NCBI GenBank assembly: GCA_024231905.1
Contig: JAAEQC010000102.1
Location: 80,033-144,032 of the forward strand
Origin: a bacterium
GTDB taxonomy: Bacteria > Krumholzibacteriota > Krumholzibacteriia > LZORAL124-64-63
Length of the DNA: 64,000 nucleotides
Direction: 5' to 3'
Below the pieces are notes generated by a model that made no database searches, was not told the DNA's origin, and saw only the letters and a list, made by a program, of their open reading frames with translations. Made by a program: the position numbers and the translations under genes. Positions 28,273 through 38,368 of this stretch are shown here, piece by piece; positions within the stretch are counted from its first letter, which is position 1, and each line of letters starts with the position of its first letter.

Positions 28273-31200
28273 CTATTTGACGAGGGTCATTTTGCGGGTG
28301 ACGATGTGGTCGTCGGCGGCCACCCGGCAGTAGTAGATGCCGCTCGCCATCCTGCGGCCTGAGCTGTCGGAGCCGTCCCACATCACCGTATGGGTGGCCG
28401 CCGGCAGGTCCTCGTTCAGCAGTTCCCGCACCAGGCGTCCGGCCACGTCGTAGATCCGCACGCTCACCTGGCTGTCGCGGGGGATATCGAACCTGATGGT
28501 GGTCGCCGGGTTGAACGGGTTCGGGAAGTTCTGGTAGGCACGGAAAGCCAGCGGCGCGCCCTGATCCCCCACACCGGAGATGCCGCCGGACCCGTAGGTG
28601 AACCGCAGACACCATTCGTCGAAGGTGCCGGTATCGCCGCCGGCGCCGTCGGCCACCGTAAGAGTCCATGTGCCGTCCAGGCCCAGGCCGATGAGGGCGT
28701 CGAGGCTCTCGGCGGGGGTAAGCTCGCCGGGATACCACCCGTAGATGTTGTCGGTGCTCGAGCCGGTCCGGTTGTGAAGGATGACCGAGGCCTTGTCCGG
28801 CGAGGTCAGCGTGACCGTGAGATCGCCCTGGAAGGTGTGGCTGATATCGAGGAAGACCTCGATCCCGCTGATCGTCAACGCCGGGCCGACCGCCACATCC
28901 ACTGTGGCGACGGCGGTCTGATTGTCGTTGATCGGCAGGTCCGGCTTGTCCCAGAAATCGCTCACCACCGTCGGCACGAGCGTCATGTCGATGCCCGTCA
29001 GGTGCTGGCCCGAGGTGGGTTCCACGGGCACGGTGCCCACGCTCCATTCCTCCTTCTCGGCGACGATGGTGTAGGGACCGGCGTACAGGCCGTCCAGCAG
29101 GTAGGTGCCGTCGGTGCCGGTCGTCGCGCTGGGACCGTTGGGCAGCGCACGCACTGTTATGCCCGAGTGGTCGGCCTGGCCGTGGAGGGTCACTGTACCG
29201 GAGACGGTGCAATCGCCCGCCTCAGGGGTGAGCAGCCAGGTCACGGCGTTCTCCAGCAGGTCGGCGCGCTCGGTTCCCGCCACCGCGTAGTTGAAGCAGA
29301 AGTAGACGACTTGACCGCCCTCGGGGGCCGGGTTGGGATCGTAGGCGATGACGCTGGCGTCGCTGGGGTAAGAGGTCCAGGACGCCACCATCTCGGCGTC
29401 CGGCAGCGGCGCCATGGCGTCGTTGTCGGCGTAGGCGGTGCCGCCGCCGGTGATGGTCGAGTTCGCCAGGTTGTTGGGATGTGTGGCCACGTAGTGCGAC
29501 GTGACGCCTATGGAGATGTCGCCGCTGAGGTCATGATTCCAGTCCGTCGTGTGCAAGACGTCGGTGGCGAAGGCGCCCGAGCTCTGCTGGTCGTAGCCCA
29601 GTTCGCCGCCTTCCAGCAGGATATGGCCGCCGGCCTGGACGAATATCACCAGGCCGTCCCTGAGCGCCGTGTTGGCCAGGGTGGTGGAGTTGTTGCCGCA
29701 ACCGAGGACGACCAGGTCGTAGTTCCAGAACGTGGCCGGATCCACCGCGCCCGCGTCCACGACCGTGACGCCGTAGCCGAGTGCCTCGAGATCGGCGACG
29801 AGTTCCGCCACGCTCTTGGCGCCGTCAGGTTGGTAGCCCTCCGCCAACAGTTCGCCCTTTTCCGTGAATTTAGGCTCCGCCGCCGCCGCGACACTGTCGT
29901 CGATGACCAGCATGTCGCCTGCCGTGGGGGCGAGAGCCCAGTCCCTCGCTACTGTGGGGCCGTCGACGACGACCGGCTCGTTGGCGGGGACGTGATGCCA
30001 GGCCCGCACGACCACGTCGTAGGTGAAGTAGGGCAGGTCGCCGGTGGTGTACAGCCCGTCTGCGCCGCAGGTGACCTCGTCGTAGAGTTCGCCCGTGTCC
30101 GATCGGAAGACCCGGACCGTCGCCGTCAGCGGTTCCATGGTCACGCTGTCGTAGGCCTGGCCCTGGAGTACGCCTGCGGGCGCCGGGTCGAGAGCGAGGT
30201 CGAAGGTGTTGGCGCCGTAGTTGACTAAAACGACCTGCTCCAGGTGCAGGTAGCCGAAGCGGTCGGCCTCGAGGGTGTAATCGGCCACCAGCACGTCCTC
30301 CGGACCGGAGTAGTCGCCCTGGGCGTCGGTGACGACGCTGAACACCACGTCGTCCTTGACGAGGTTCACCACCACACCGGCTACCGGCGTGCCGCCGGAC
30401 GTGACCTTTCCGGCCACGGTGCCGTAGGCCTCGATCACGTCGAAGACCTCGCTGTGGATGTCGTGACCGGCCAGGGCGATCATGCTGGTGACCTGGCCCG
30501 GCCCGGCGGCGGTTACGGTGAGTTGGTCGCCGACCACGCTGTGCAGCGAACCGTCGGGCATCCGCGCGTAGAGCGTGGAGCCGGCCTGGTCGCAACTCGC
30601 GTGCAGCGTGCCGGGCAGGTTCAACGGGAACATGTCGTTCAAGCCGATGTCCGTGGTCACCGCCAGGTCCGGATTGCCCAGGGGCAGGGCGTTGACCGCG
30701 ATGGTCTCGGTGAACAGACGGTAGGTGTCGGCGGGGTCTCGGCCCACGATGTCGAGGCTGGGGCCGTACGGATAGTTCACCGTGATCACGGCGACGCCGC
30801 CGGCGTCGGTGGCGATGGGAGTCGTCGCGTAGTCGAGGCCCTCGGCCCAGATGTCGACGCCGGGCTTGGGCGTGACGCCGTCCTCCGCCATGACGGTCAC
30901 GGTGATGCCGGTTTCGACGCCGGCGTCGATGACCGTCGGGTCGATGGTCACCACCGCCGGCACGATCACGTTCAACTCGGCGATCACGGGCTCGCGGGAG
31001 GAGACCATGGCCACCATCTTCAGCGGCACGCCGGGCGTGAGGATCGATTCGAAGACGATCTCGCCGGTCCCATCCTGGCCGATAAGGCCGGTTCCCACCA
31101 GCACGCCGTCCTGGGTGCAGCCGACGTAGGTGCCCCACTGGCCGGTCACGGCCATGGAAGTTGAGCCCACGAAGACGGTCTCCGGGTAGGTCATCTCGTT

Positions 31201-33021
31201 GGCAGCGGGACGGCCCTGGTAGGTGGCGATGGAAGGGTCGCCCAGCAGGTTGTAGATGTTCCAGTAGTACTCCTCGTTGCTCGAGGCGGCCTCCGAGACA
31301 CTCAGGTTGCCGCGGAAGACCACGGCGCCGTTGGTGACGTACCACATGGTGGGGTCGGCCACTTCGTTGGCCCCCTCGTGGAAGAGGGCGTCGTACACAC
31401 CGCTGCCGGTCTCCGCGTAGGTCATGCCGTCGCGGATCGACGCGCCGGGGAGCGCGCCCACCGACCACCACACATCCTCGTCCCAGAGTGTGTTGTTGGA
31501 ACCGCCGATGTAGCCGATGGCGCCCTTGTTCGCGGCGCGCAGGAAGGTCTCGCCGAAGCACTCGGCGGCGTCGTAGGTGGCGGACTGGCAGCAGTTGCCG
31601 ATGGCCAGGAAGTACTTGCCGTCGTTGGTCAGGCCGTTGACGTCGCTCTGCGTCATTGTCGGGTCGGCCCAGCTCGTGACGCTGCCGTGGGCGGTGTAGT
31701 TGACGAAGCCGACGCCGTTCGAACAGTCGGCGATGATGGCCGCCTCGCTGCTGCCGCTCGCTGGGTAGTAGTAGGTGTTGGCGGTGATGCCGTGCGCCGG
31801 GTTGTAGTAGTAGTCCTGGCCGTAACGGATGGTGCCGTTGCCGTGGGTGGGACCGAACGTGCCGTCGACGCCGGCGATCAGGGTCACGTTCTCCATGTAG
31901 GACGGGTCGGGCATGCTGAAGCTGTCGTACATCAGGGTCTTGTCGATGATCCCCTGCAGCATGGCCGTGTCGGTAGCAGAAAGGCGGCCGTAGTACATCT
32001 CGGGGAACAGGTCACCGGTGGTCTCGCAGTAGGGACGGTCGGATGCCCCGTCGGACGTGGTCCAGGTGGGGCACTGGTCGACGTCACCCACGAAGAGCAC
32101 GAAGCTGGGCGCCGGATCCTCGGGGGTCGCTGCGTTGTAGAGATCGTGCAGGTAGGTCTGGATGGAGGCCGTCGTGGAGCCCACCTCAGGCGAGCCGATC
32201 ACACCGGTGATCACGGTGAAGCCGCGCTCGGTCTTCCAGGCGATGAAGTCGTCGAGCTGGGCCTGGAACCCGGACGGCGTGACGATGACCATCTTGACCG
32301 GCTGCCGCACGAGATCCGCCTTGAGCGCCGGGATGTGCACGCCGTCGATCATCCCGTAGACCGAGGCGAAGAACGGGCTCCGGGTGGCGGCCTGCAGATG
32401 TTCGGTCTCCGCCCAGCCCTGGTCGAAGACCACCTCCAGGTCGAAGCTCTCGACGATCTCCAGCTCGCCGCTCTGCGGCAGGTACCGTACCGGGGCGATC
32501 TCCAGGCGCGCCAGGTCCGCGGCGCGCATGCGGCCGAGGTATTCAACGATGACCAGCTCGCGCTCCACGCGCGCCTGGGCGTAGGCGGCGGTGTCGTAGG
32601 CGAAGGGTACGTCCTCGGGCTTCTGGCTCTTGCTCAGCGAGGGCTGGTGCGGGAAGAGCGGGTTGGTGAGGCCGTGATCGGCGAGGCGCACCGTGCGGGT
32701 CCGCAGGTTCGTGATCGTGATGCCGGCCTTGCCGCCGGCGGGCAGCGCGATGAGGCGATTCATCTGCGGCAACTCGGGCGCGCCCTCGGTCATGGAGCCG
32801 TGGAACCCGGGAATGATCAACCGGGTGAATTCGCCTCCCCGGGTATCGACGGTCAGGGCTTCGAGCCGGCCGACCTCCACGCGGTAGGTCAGCGCATCGC
32901 TCTTCTGCTCGAGCAGCGTCAGTTGCGGCTGACCTCCCTCGAGCGTGAGCGTGGTGGCGGCCATGGCGCTCGCCGCGGTGATGAGGATCAAAACGGAGGT
33001 CGTCAGCATACTCAGGCGCAT
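28273..33021 (-). CDS. Secreted C25 (gingipain) cysteine peptidase: propeptide, catalytic domain, Ig/carboxypeptidase-regulatory-like repeats, proprotein convertase P-domain, FlgD-Ig/T9SS-like C-terminal domain
   Basis: GAPELP propeptide, FVLFVGD, MYYGRLS, NYTAHGS, IGNCC, YNLLGDP. P-domain ISHTFQGDLTVTLTSP…GTWTLTVAD. C-terminal QNFPNPFNP…IYDVAGRLV…WDG…SGIYY…KMTLVK. Confidence 0.92.
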   Translation of the reverse strand: MRLSMLTTSVLILITAASAMAATTLTLEGGQPQLTLLEQKSDALTYRVEVGRLEALTVDTRGGEFTRLIIPGFHGSMTEGAPELPQMNRLIALPAGGKAGITITNLRTRTVRLADHGLTNPLFPHQPSLSKSQKPEDVPFAYDTAAYAQARVERELVIVEYLGRMRAADLARLEIAPVRYLPQSGELEIVESFDLEVVFDQGWAETEHLQAATRSPFFASVYGMIDGVHIPALKADLVRQPVKMVIVTPSGFQAQLDDFIAWKTERGFTVITGVIGSPEVGSTTASIQTYLHDLYNAATPEDPAPSFVLFVGDVDQCPTWTTSDGASDRPYCETTGDLFPEMYYGRLSATDTAMLQGIIDKTLMYDSFSMPDPSYMENVTLIAGVDGTFGPTHGNGTIRYGQDYYYNPAHGITANTYYYPASGSSEAAIIADCSNGVGFVNYTAHGSVTSWADPTMTQSDVNGLTNDGKYFLAIGNCCQSATYDAAECFGETFLRAANKGAIGYIGGSNNTLWDEDVWWSVGALPGASIRDGMTYAETGSGVYDALFHEGANEVADPTMWYVTNGAVVFRGNLSVSEAASSNEEYYWNIYNLLGDPSIATYQGRPAANEMTYPETVFVGSTSMAVTGQWGTYVGCTQDGVLVGTGLIGQDGTGEIVFESILTPGVPLKMVAMVSSREPVIAELNVIVPAVVTIDPTVIDAGVETGITVTVMAEDGVTPKPGVDIWAEGLDYATTPIATDAGGVAVITVNYPYGPSLDIVGRDPADTYRLFTETIAVNALPLGNPDLAVTTDIGLNDMFPLNLPGTLHASCDQAGSTLYARMPDGSLHSVVGDQLTVTAAGPGQVTSMIALAGHDIHSEVFDVIEAYGTVAGKVTSGGTPVAGVVVNLVKDDVVFSVVTDAQGDYSGPEDVLVADYTLEADRFGYLHLEQVVLVNYGANTFDLALDPAPAGVLQGQAYDSVTMEPLTATVRVFRSDTGELYDEVTCGADGLYTTGDLPYFTYDVVVRAWHHVPANEPVVVDGPTVARDWALAPTAGDMLVIDDSVAAAAEPKFTEKGELLAEGYQPDGAKSVAELVADLEALGYGVTVVDAGAVDPATFWNYDLVVLGCGNNSTTLANTALRDGLVIFVQAGGHILLEGGELGYDQQSSGAFATDVLHTTDWNHDLSGDISIGVTSHYVATHPNNLANSTITGGGTAYADNDAMAPLPDAEMVASWTSYPSDASVIAYDPNPAPEGGQVVYFCFNYAVAGTERADLLENAVTWLLTPEAGDCTVSGTVTLHGQADHSGITVRALPNGPSATTGTDGTYLLDGLYAGPYTIVAEKEEWSVGTVPVEPTSGQHLTGIDMTLVPTVVSDFWDKPDLPINDNQTAVATVDVAVGPALTISGIEVFLDISHTFQGDLTVTLTSPDKASVILHNRTGSSTDNIYGWYPGELTPAESLDALIGLGLDGTWTLTVADGAGGDTGTFDEWCLRFTYGSGGISGVGDQGAPLAFRAYQNFPNPFNPATTIRFDIPRDSQVSVRIYDVAGRLVRELLNEDLPAATHTVMWDGSDSSGRRMASGIYYCRVAADDHIVTRKMTLVK

Positions 33022-33443
33022 GGTCGGGGTCCCTTCGTTCGGCATATCGGATGATCCGATTCGGCGGTCTGTGGAAGCGAAGAGATTGTGCGCCGCGAAT
33101 CGCGAGGCATCATATCACGGTTGGGTATTCCGGATCGAAGCCCGTCCTGCGCGCTCCGGCGTTACGAAACGTTCTCCGATCGGGTGGTTTCGAGACTTCG
33201 GTGGTGAACTTATTGGTTGTCATTGAACTAGACAAGACCAGTCCTGGATTGTGTGACGATTCGCGGAGAGGGGTGATCTCTGAAGTCGAAAGGGAGGCTC
33301 GCCGTGCCCGGAAAGGCCGGCCGACTCGACTCGTCAATGGCGGTCCGGATTCGGTCCGAGGGGCGGATTTTCCATCGTACCGATAGGTGTTGGGTGCTTC
33401 CTGGTACCTGCAGAGCGTTGCTCCGGAACGCGGTGAAGGCGAA

Positions 33444-33469
33444 GGAGCCGGGACGCAGATCCCGGCTCC
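33444..33469 (-). terminator. Hairpin downstream of LeuCD-like fusion gene
   Basis: GGAGCCGGGA…TCCCGGCTCC 10-bp stem. Confidence 0.55.
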
Positions 33470-33496
33470 AATTCCCAAGGCCTAAATGCCGACAGG

Positions 33497-35293
33497 CTAC
33501 CCCGCCAGCAATCCACCCCTCCTGTAGATCTCCAACTGCACCTTGCTCGCCGGCGTGATCGTCGTCCCGCCGCCGTCCCAATGCACCTTGCCGGTCTCCA
33601 GGTCGAGTTCGATCTCCTGACCGTTCTCCAGTTCCGCTGCCAGCAGATCACCTGCGAGCACAGGCAGCCCCGCGTTGATGGCGTTGCGCTCGTAGATGGC
33701 GCCGTAGCTGCGGGCTACCAGGGCGGTCACGCCCAGGCTGGAGAAGCAGTCCACGGCCTGTTGCCGCGAGGATCCGCAACCGAAGTTGCTGCCGGTGACG
33801 ACCAAGTCGCCGGGCTGGACCTTGGCCGGGAAGTCCTCCCAGCCGGGCAGATTGCCGAAGGCGTGCTGGCCCATCTCGGCTGGGTCGGTGATGGCCAGGT
33901 GGCGGTTGTGGAAAATCATGTCCGTGTCGATGTTCTCCTCGTTCACCAGCCAGACACGGCCCTTGAGTACGGTGGGCTTGTCACCTGCCGCTGCGGCTGT
34001 GGGTGCCGCCGTGTCCACCGTGGCGGTCGGCGCGGTCTTGGCCACCGGCTCGGGAATATCGTCTGCCCGGGCCAGGACACCGCAGAGCGCCGTGGCCGCG
34101 CAGGTGGCCGGGCTGGCCAGGTAGACCTCGCCCTTGCCCTGCTTGCCCGCGAAGTTGCGATTGCCGCTGGAGACGGTCACCTCGCCGGGACCGTTCTGGC
34201 CGATCTGTCCGGCCGCGCAGCCGCCGCAGCCCGCGTTGCCGATCAGCGCGCCCGCGTCGATGAGCGTCTGCACCAGCCCCTCGGCCAGGGCCGCTTCCCA
34301 CACCTTCCGCGTGGAGGGGACGATCTTCAGGACCACGCCCGGGGCCACGCGCTTGCCCGCCAGGATGCCGGCGGCGGTGCGCAGGTCTTCCAGGCGACCG
34401 TTGGTGCAGCTGCCGATGAAGACCGAGTCCACGGATCGGCCGGCCACTTCGGAAACCGGGACCACGTCCTCGGGATGTCCGGGCCGGGCTACCATGGGCT
34501 CCAGGCCGTCGATGTCGATCTCGATGGTTTCCACGTAGGCCGCGTCCAGGTCGGCGGCGATGGGGGCGAAGTCCTGGCCGCCGGCCCGGCGACAGAATTC
34601 CAGCACCTTCTCGTTGGGCGTGAACAGCATGATGATGGCGCCCATTTCCGTGCCCATGCTGGCAATGGTCACGCGGTCGGGTACGTCCAGGTCGTCTACC
34701 ACGTCGCCGTAGATCTCGGCGGCGCAGCCCAACAGGCCGCTGGCGCCGAGCTGGCTGGCCATGGCCAGGACGATGTCCTTGGCCGTAGCCGTCGGCGACG
34801 GCTTGCCCGTCAGGATGACCTTCTTGGAGGGCGGGACCTTGAACCACACCTTGCCGTGGGCCCAGGCGGCGGCGATGTCCTGGTCGCCCATGCCCTGGCC
34901 GAAGGCACCCACGGCACCCATGATGTTGGCATGGCTGTCGGTGGAGACGAAGGTGCTGCCCGGGCCTACGAGCCCGTCCTCGATGGCGATGTGGGTGCCG
35001 ATGCCCTGGTCGATGTCACGCAGGGCGACGCCGGTCTCGCGGGCGAAAGTCCGGCAGATCTGCTGGTTCGCCGCGTAGCCCTGGTCGCTGCCGCCCGGGT
35101 TGCAGTCGAAGGTGAATACGGTCCGCGCCGGATCGGCCACGGGCAGGCCCGCCTTGCGCAGGTTCTGGACCACGTTGGCGCCGCCGAAGTCACGGGCGGC
35201 GCGCACGTCGATGGCCACGTCGACGATCTCGCCGGGAACGGCGGGTTGGTCGCTGTGCTGGCCGATGATCTTCTCGATGAGGGTCTGTCCCAC
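33497..35293 (-). CDS. Fused large+small subunit aconitase-superfamily hydro-lyase (LeuC-LeuD/homoaconitase-like)
   Basis: GQTLIEKI start, DSH, GSCTNGR and GCGGC ([4Fe-4S] Cys), NRNF, YLASP. Ala/Thr/Pro linker, then swivel domain NIDTDMI…NFGCGSSR…RNAINAGLP. Confidence 0.9.
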   Translation of the reverse strand: MGQTLIEKIIGQHSDQPAVPGEIVDVAIDVRAARDFGGANVVQNLRKAGLPVADPARTVFTFDCNPGGSDQGYAANQQICRTFARETGVALRDIDQGIGTHIAIEDGLVGPGSTFVSTDSHANIMGAVGAFGQGMGDQDIAAAWAHGKVWFKVPPSKKVILTGKPSPTATAKDIVLAMASQLGASGLLGCAAEIYGDVVDDLDVPDRVTIASMGTEMGAIIMLFTPNEKVLEFCRRAGGQDFAPIAADLDAAYVETIEIDIDGLEPMVARPGHPEDVVPVSEVAGRSVDSVFIGSCTNGRLEDLRTAAGILAGKRVAPGVVLKIVPSTRKVWEAALAEGLVQTLIDAGALIGNAGCGGCAAGQIGQNGPGEVTVSSGNRNFAGKQGKGEVYLASPATCAATALCGVLARADDIPEPVAKTAPTATVDTAAPTAAAAGDKPTVLKGRVWLVNEENIDTDMIFHNRHLAITDPAEMGQHAFGNLPGWEDFPAKVQPGDLVVTGSNFGCGSSRQQAVDCFSSLGVTALVARSYGAIYERNAINAGLPVLAGDLLAAELENGQEIELDLETGKVHWDGGGTTITPASKVQLEIYRRGGLLAG

Positions 35294-35294
35294 G

Positions 35295-36101
35295 TCAATC
35301 CTCCTCGGGCTGGGTGGGTGCTTCGAGCACCGGTTCACGGCCTTCCCGCCAGGCTCGCAGGCCCTCTGCGGTCTCCAGGGAGGACCAGCACTGCTGCTGG
35401 GTTTCCCACTCGTAGGCCAACATGTTGGTCATGTCGAACTGCTGATTCTGCTGCACGCCGAGCTTGGTCAGGCGCACGGCGGGCTGGGGGAGGGAGCGCA
35501 GGCGGTCGACGACCGTGTCGAGTTCTTCCTCGTACATGTCCTCGTCCAGGAGCCGGTCCACCAGGCCCAGTTGCCAGGCTTCGGCCGCTCCCACCGTGCG
35601 GCCGGACCATAGGAATTCCAGGGCGCGTCCCTGGCCCAGGAGGCCGGGCAGGGTGTGCAGCAATCCCCAGCCGGGGATCAGGCCCGCCTGCATGCTCGCG
35701 GCGGTGAAGCTGGCGGACTTGGCGGCCAGGTGCACGTCGGCGGCCAGGTAGAAGCCCAGCCCCGAGTCGCGGACATCGCCCCGGGTGGCAGCCACCACAG
35801 GTTTGGGGCATTCGCGGATGACGGTGATGATGCGGCCGCTGATCTCGTCGTCGGCGGCCAGGGTATCGAAACCGCCACCTTGGGGCTGGGCGTCGGCCAG
35901 CCCGTCCAGGTGGTGGTGCAGTTCGAAGCTGTGGTCGCCGTCGGTGAGAAGGACCACGCGCACGGCGTTATCCTCCTGTAGGCGGAGCATGAGGTCGACG
36001 AACTCGTCGCACAACTCGCCCAGGTCCGGGGCGCCGGGGCCGATCAGGCGCAGGCGCGCCCTTCCGTCGGCGATCTCACAGTCGAAGTTCCGGTACTCCA
36101 T
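35295..36101 (-). CDS. Enoyl-CoA hydratase/isomerase (crotonase) family protein, divergent
   Basis: CPKPVVAA, LAAD, GLIPGWG, L-LLG-GRALE, AAEA..LGLVD, EGLRAWREGREP. Confidence 0.85.
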   Translation of the reverse strand: MEYRNFDCEIADGRARLRLIGPGAPDLGELCDEFVDLMLRLQEDNAVRVVLLTDGDHSFELHHHLDGLADAQPQGGGFDTLAADDEISGRIITVIRECPKPVVAATRGDVRDSGLGFYLAADVHLAAKSASFTAASMQAGLIPGWGLLHTLPGLLGQGRALEFLWSGRTVGAAEAWQLGLVDRLLDEDMYEEELDTVVDRLRSLPQPAVRLTKLGVQQNQQFDMTNMLAYEWETQQQCWSSLETAEGLRAWREGREPVLEAPTQPEED

Positions 36102-36265
36102 GGACGGTCCCTCCGGGGCCGGGGTCGTGTGCTGTGCCATACGCCCAAAATACGCGCGGAAGCGTCCTTGTCCAATGCTCCCGTGGACACTCGCCGTCCC
36201 GTGGGATAGGTTCCGATGAACCCCTGCGCCGCGCCGCTCCGTGCGGCGGGAAAGGACACCCCGAC

Positions 36266-37177
36266 TTGCGCGTCTTTCTGACCGGAGCCACGGGCCTGGT
36301 GGGTCGGCATTTGGCAGCCCGTCTGGTGGAGTTGGGCCGCGAGGTGGTGTGCGTGAGCCGCGATCCGGGCGCCGCCCGCGCGGTCTTGCCCGAGGGCGTG
36401 GAAATCGTCGGCGCCGATCCGGTCCTGCCCGGCTCCTGGCAGGATCGCCTGGCCGGCTGCGACGCTGTGGTGAACCTGGCGGGGGAGTCCGTGGCCGAGG
36501 GCCGGTGGTCCCGGGCCAAGAAACGCCGTCTGCGCCGGTCCCGCCTGCGCACCACCGAGCACGTGGCCCGGGCCATGGCCGGGGCGGACCGCCCCATGAC
36601 CCTGATCAACGCCTCGGCCACGGGTTACTACGGCGACGCCGGTGACAGGGCCCTGGCCGAGGACGCCCAGCCGGGCCAGGACTTCCTGGCCCGCCTGGCT
36701 GTGGAATGGGAGCACACGGCCCTGGAGGCCGAGCGCGAAGGCGTGCGGATCGTACTCCTGCGCATCGGCGTGGTCCTGGCCCGCGAGGGGGGCGCCCTGC
36801 CGGCCCTGCTGAAGCCCTTCCGCTCCGGTTTCGGCGGCTCGCTGGGCAACGGTCGCCAGTACTTTCCCTGGATCCACATCGAGGACCTGGTGCGGGTCAT
36901 CCTTTTTGCCCTGGATCGCGACGATCTGGCCGGCCCGGTGAACGCCGTGGTACCCGCGCCGCCCACCCAGGGAGAATTCGCCCGGGCCCTGGCCGCGGCG
37001 GTGGACAAACCGGCCCGCTGGCCGGCGCCGGGTTTCGTGCTGCGTCTGTTGCTGGGGGAGAAGGCGGCCATGCTGCTGGCCAGCCAGCGAGCTGTGCCCG
37101 CGGCGCTCAGGGCGCTGGAATTCAAGTTCAGCTACCAGGAATTGGACGCGGCCCTGGCCGACCTGATCGAGCCCTGA
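36266..37177 (+). CDS. TIGR01777/YfcH family NAD-dependent epimerase
   Basis: TGATGLVG, VNLAGE, ASATGYYG, RIGVVL, GNGRQYFPWIHIED, GPVNAV. TTG start. Confidence 0.9.
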   Translation: MRVFLTGATGLVGRHLAARLVELGREVVCVSRDPGAARAVLPEGVEIVGADPVLPGSWQDRLAGCDAVVNLAGESVAEGRWSRAKKRRLRRSRLRTTEHVARAMAGADRPMTLINASATGYYGDAGDRALAEDAQPGQDFLARLAVEWEHTALEAEREGVRIVLLRIGVVLAREGGALPALLKPFRSGFGGSLGNGRQYFPWIHIEDLVRVILFALDRDDLAGPVNAVVPAPPTQGEFARALAAAVDKPARWPAPGFVLRLLLGEKAAMLLASQRAVPAALRALEFKFSYQELDAALADLIEP

Positions 37178-37183
37178 CCCCGT

Positions 37184-38368
37184 TCAACCCACCACGAAGG
37201 CGTCGGCCACCGTGTCGCCGTTGGCGAAGCGGTCGAGCGACAGGCTCTCGATGATGTCGTCCCGTTCGCCGGTGACCACATGCTTCGCCATGCGCTTGCC
37301 CGTCATGGGACCGAGCATGAAACCGTGGCCGCTGAACCCGCAGATATGGAAGTAACCCTCGAGCCCCGGCACGCCGCCCAGGATGGGCCGGTGGTCCGGG
37401 GTCACGTCGTACATGCCCGCCCACTGGCGCATGAGGCGCACGCCGCCGGCCTTGGGATAGTAGGCCAGCAGGGCCTTGGCGAACCGCACGGCGAAGCGCA
37501 GCTGGCTGCGGGTGTCGAACTGTTCGGGGGCGGTCCAGTGGGGCTCGGCCGGGTCGCCGATGCCGCCGACGATTTCCCCGCGCATGCTCTGGCTGAAGTA
37601 GATGCCGTTGCTGATGGAGATGACCATGGGCCCCAGGAAGGGCTTGAGCGACTCGGAGACCATGATCTCGTGGCGTTCCTGCCGGTTGGGCAATTCGATC
37701 CCGACCTTGGCCGCCAGCGTGCGGGCCCAGGGGCCGGCGCAGTTCACCACCAGGGGCGTGGCGATGGTGCCGCGGTCGGTGACCACGGCGCGCACGCGGC
37801 CGTCATCGCACTCGATATCCTCGACGGCGGTGCGGATGTGGATGGCGATGTTCCGCCGGTGGCAGGCCCGGGCGTAGCCCCACACCACGGCGAAGGGGTA
37901 GGCCGTGCCGTCGCGGGGACAAAAGGTGGCGCCCTTGATGGCGGACACGTCCAGGTCCGGGACGATGCGGCGGCAGTCCTCGGGCTGGAGGAATTCGGTC
38001 GGCACGTCGCAGCGGTTCTGCAGGGTCACGGCCTCGCGCATGGACGTCAGGTGGGACTCGTCCTCGGTGACCATGAGGTAGCCGCCCTGGCGGAAGAAGA
38101 CCTGGTAGCCCAGTTCGGCCGACATGTTCTCGTACATGCGGACCGATTCCTGGGCCAGCCGGATGTTCTCCTCGGTGGTCCACTGCTGGCGGATGCCGCC
38201 GCCGCAGCGGCCGGTGCTGCCGGCGCCGATGTAGTTCTTCTCCAGGACGACGATGTTCTTCACGCCCTGCTTGGACAGCTCGTAGGCGGTGGTCAGGCCG
38301 TTGATGCCGCCGCCGACGACGACCGCGTCTGCCGTGGCGGGAACGGGACCCGTGGACATGGGGATCAT
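37184..38368 (-). CDS. FAD-dependent amine oxidoreductase, sarcosine oxidase beta / L-proline dehydrogenase beta-like
   Basis: VVGGGINGL, GAGSTGRCGGGIRQQ, WAGMYDVTPD..PILG, GFSGHGFM. Confidence 0.9.
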   Translation of the reverse strand: MIPMSTGPVPATADAVVVGGGINGLTTAYELSKQGVKNIVVLEKNYIGAGSTGRCGGGIRQQWTTEENIRLAQESVRMYENMSAELGYQVFFRQGGYLMVTEDESHLTSMREAVTLQNRCDVPTEFLQPEDCRRIVPDLDVSAIKGATFCPRDGTAYPFAVVWGYARACHRRNIAIHIRTAVEDIECDDGRVRAVVTDRGTIATPLVVNCAGPWARTLAAKVGIELPNRQERHEIMVSESLKPFLGPMVISISNGIYFSQSMRGEIVGGIGDPAEPHWTAPEQFDTRSQLRFAVRFAKALLAYYPKAGGVRLMRQWAGMYDVTPDHRPILGGVPGLEGYFHICGFSGHGFMLGPMTGKRMAKHVVTGERDDIIESLSLDRFANGDTVADAFVVG

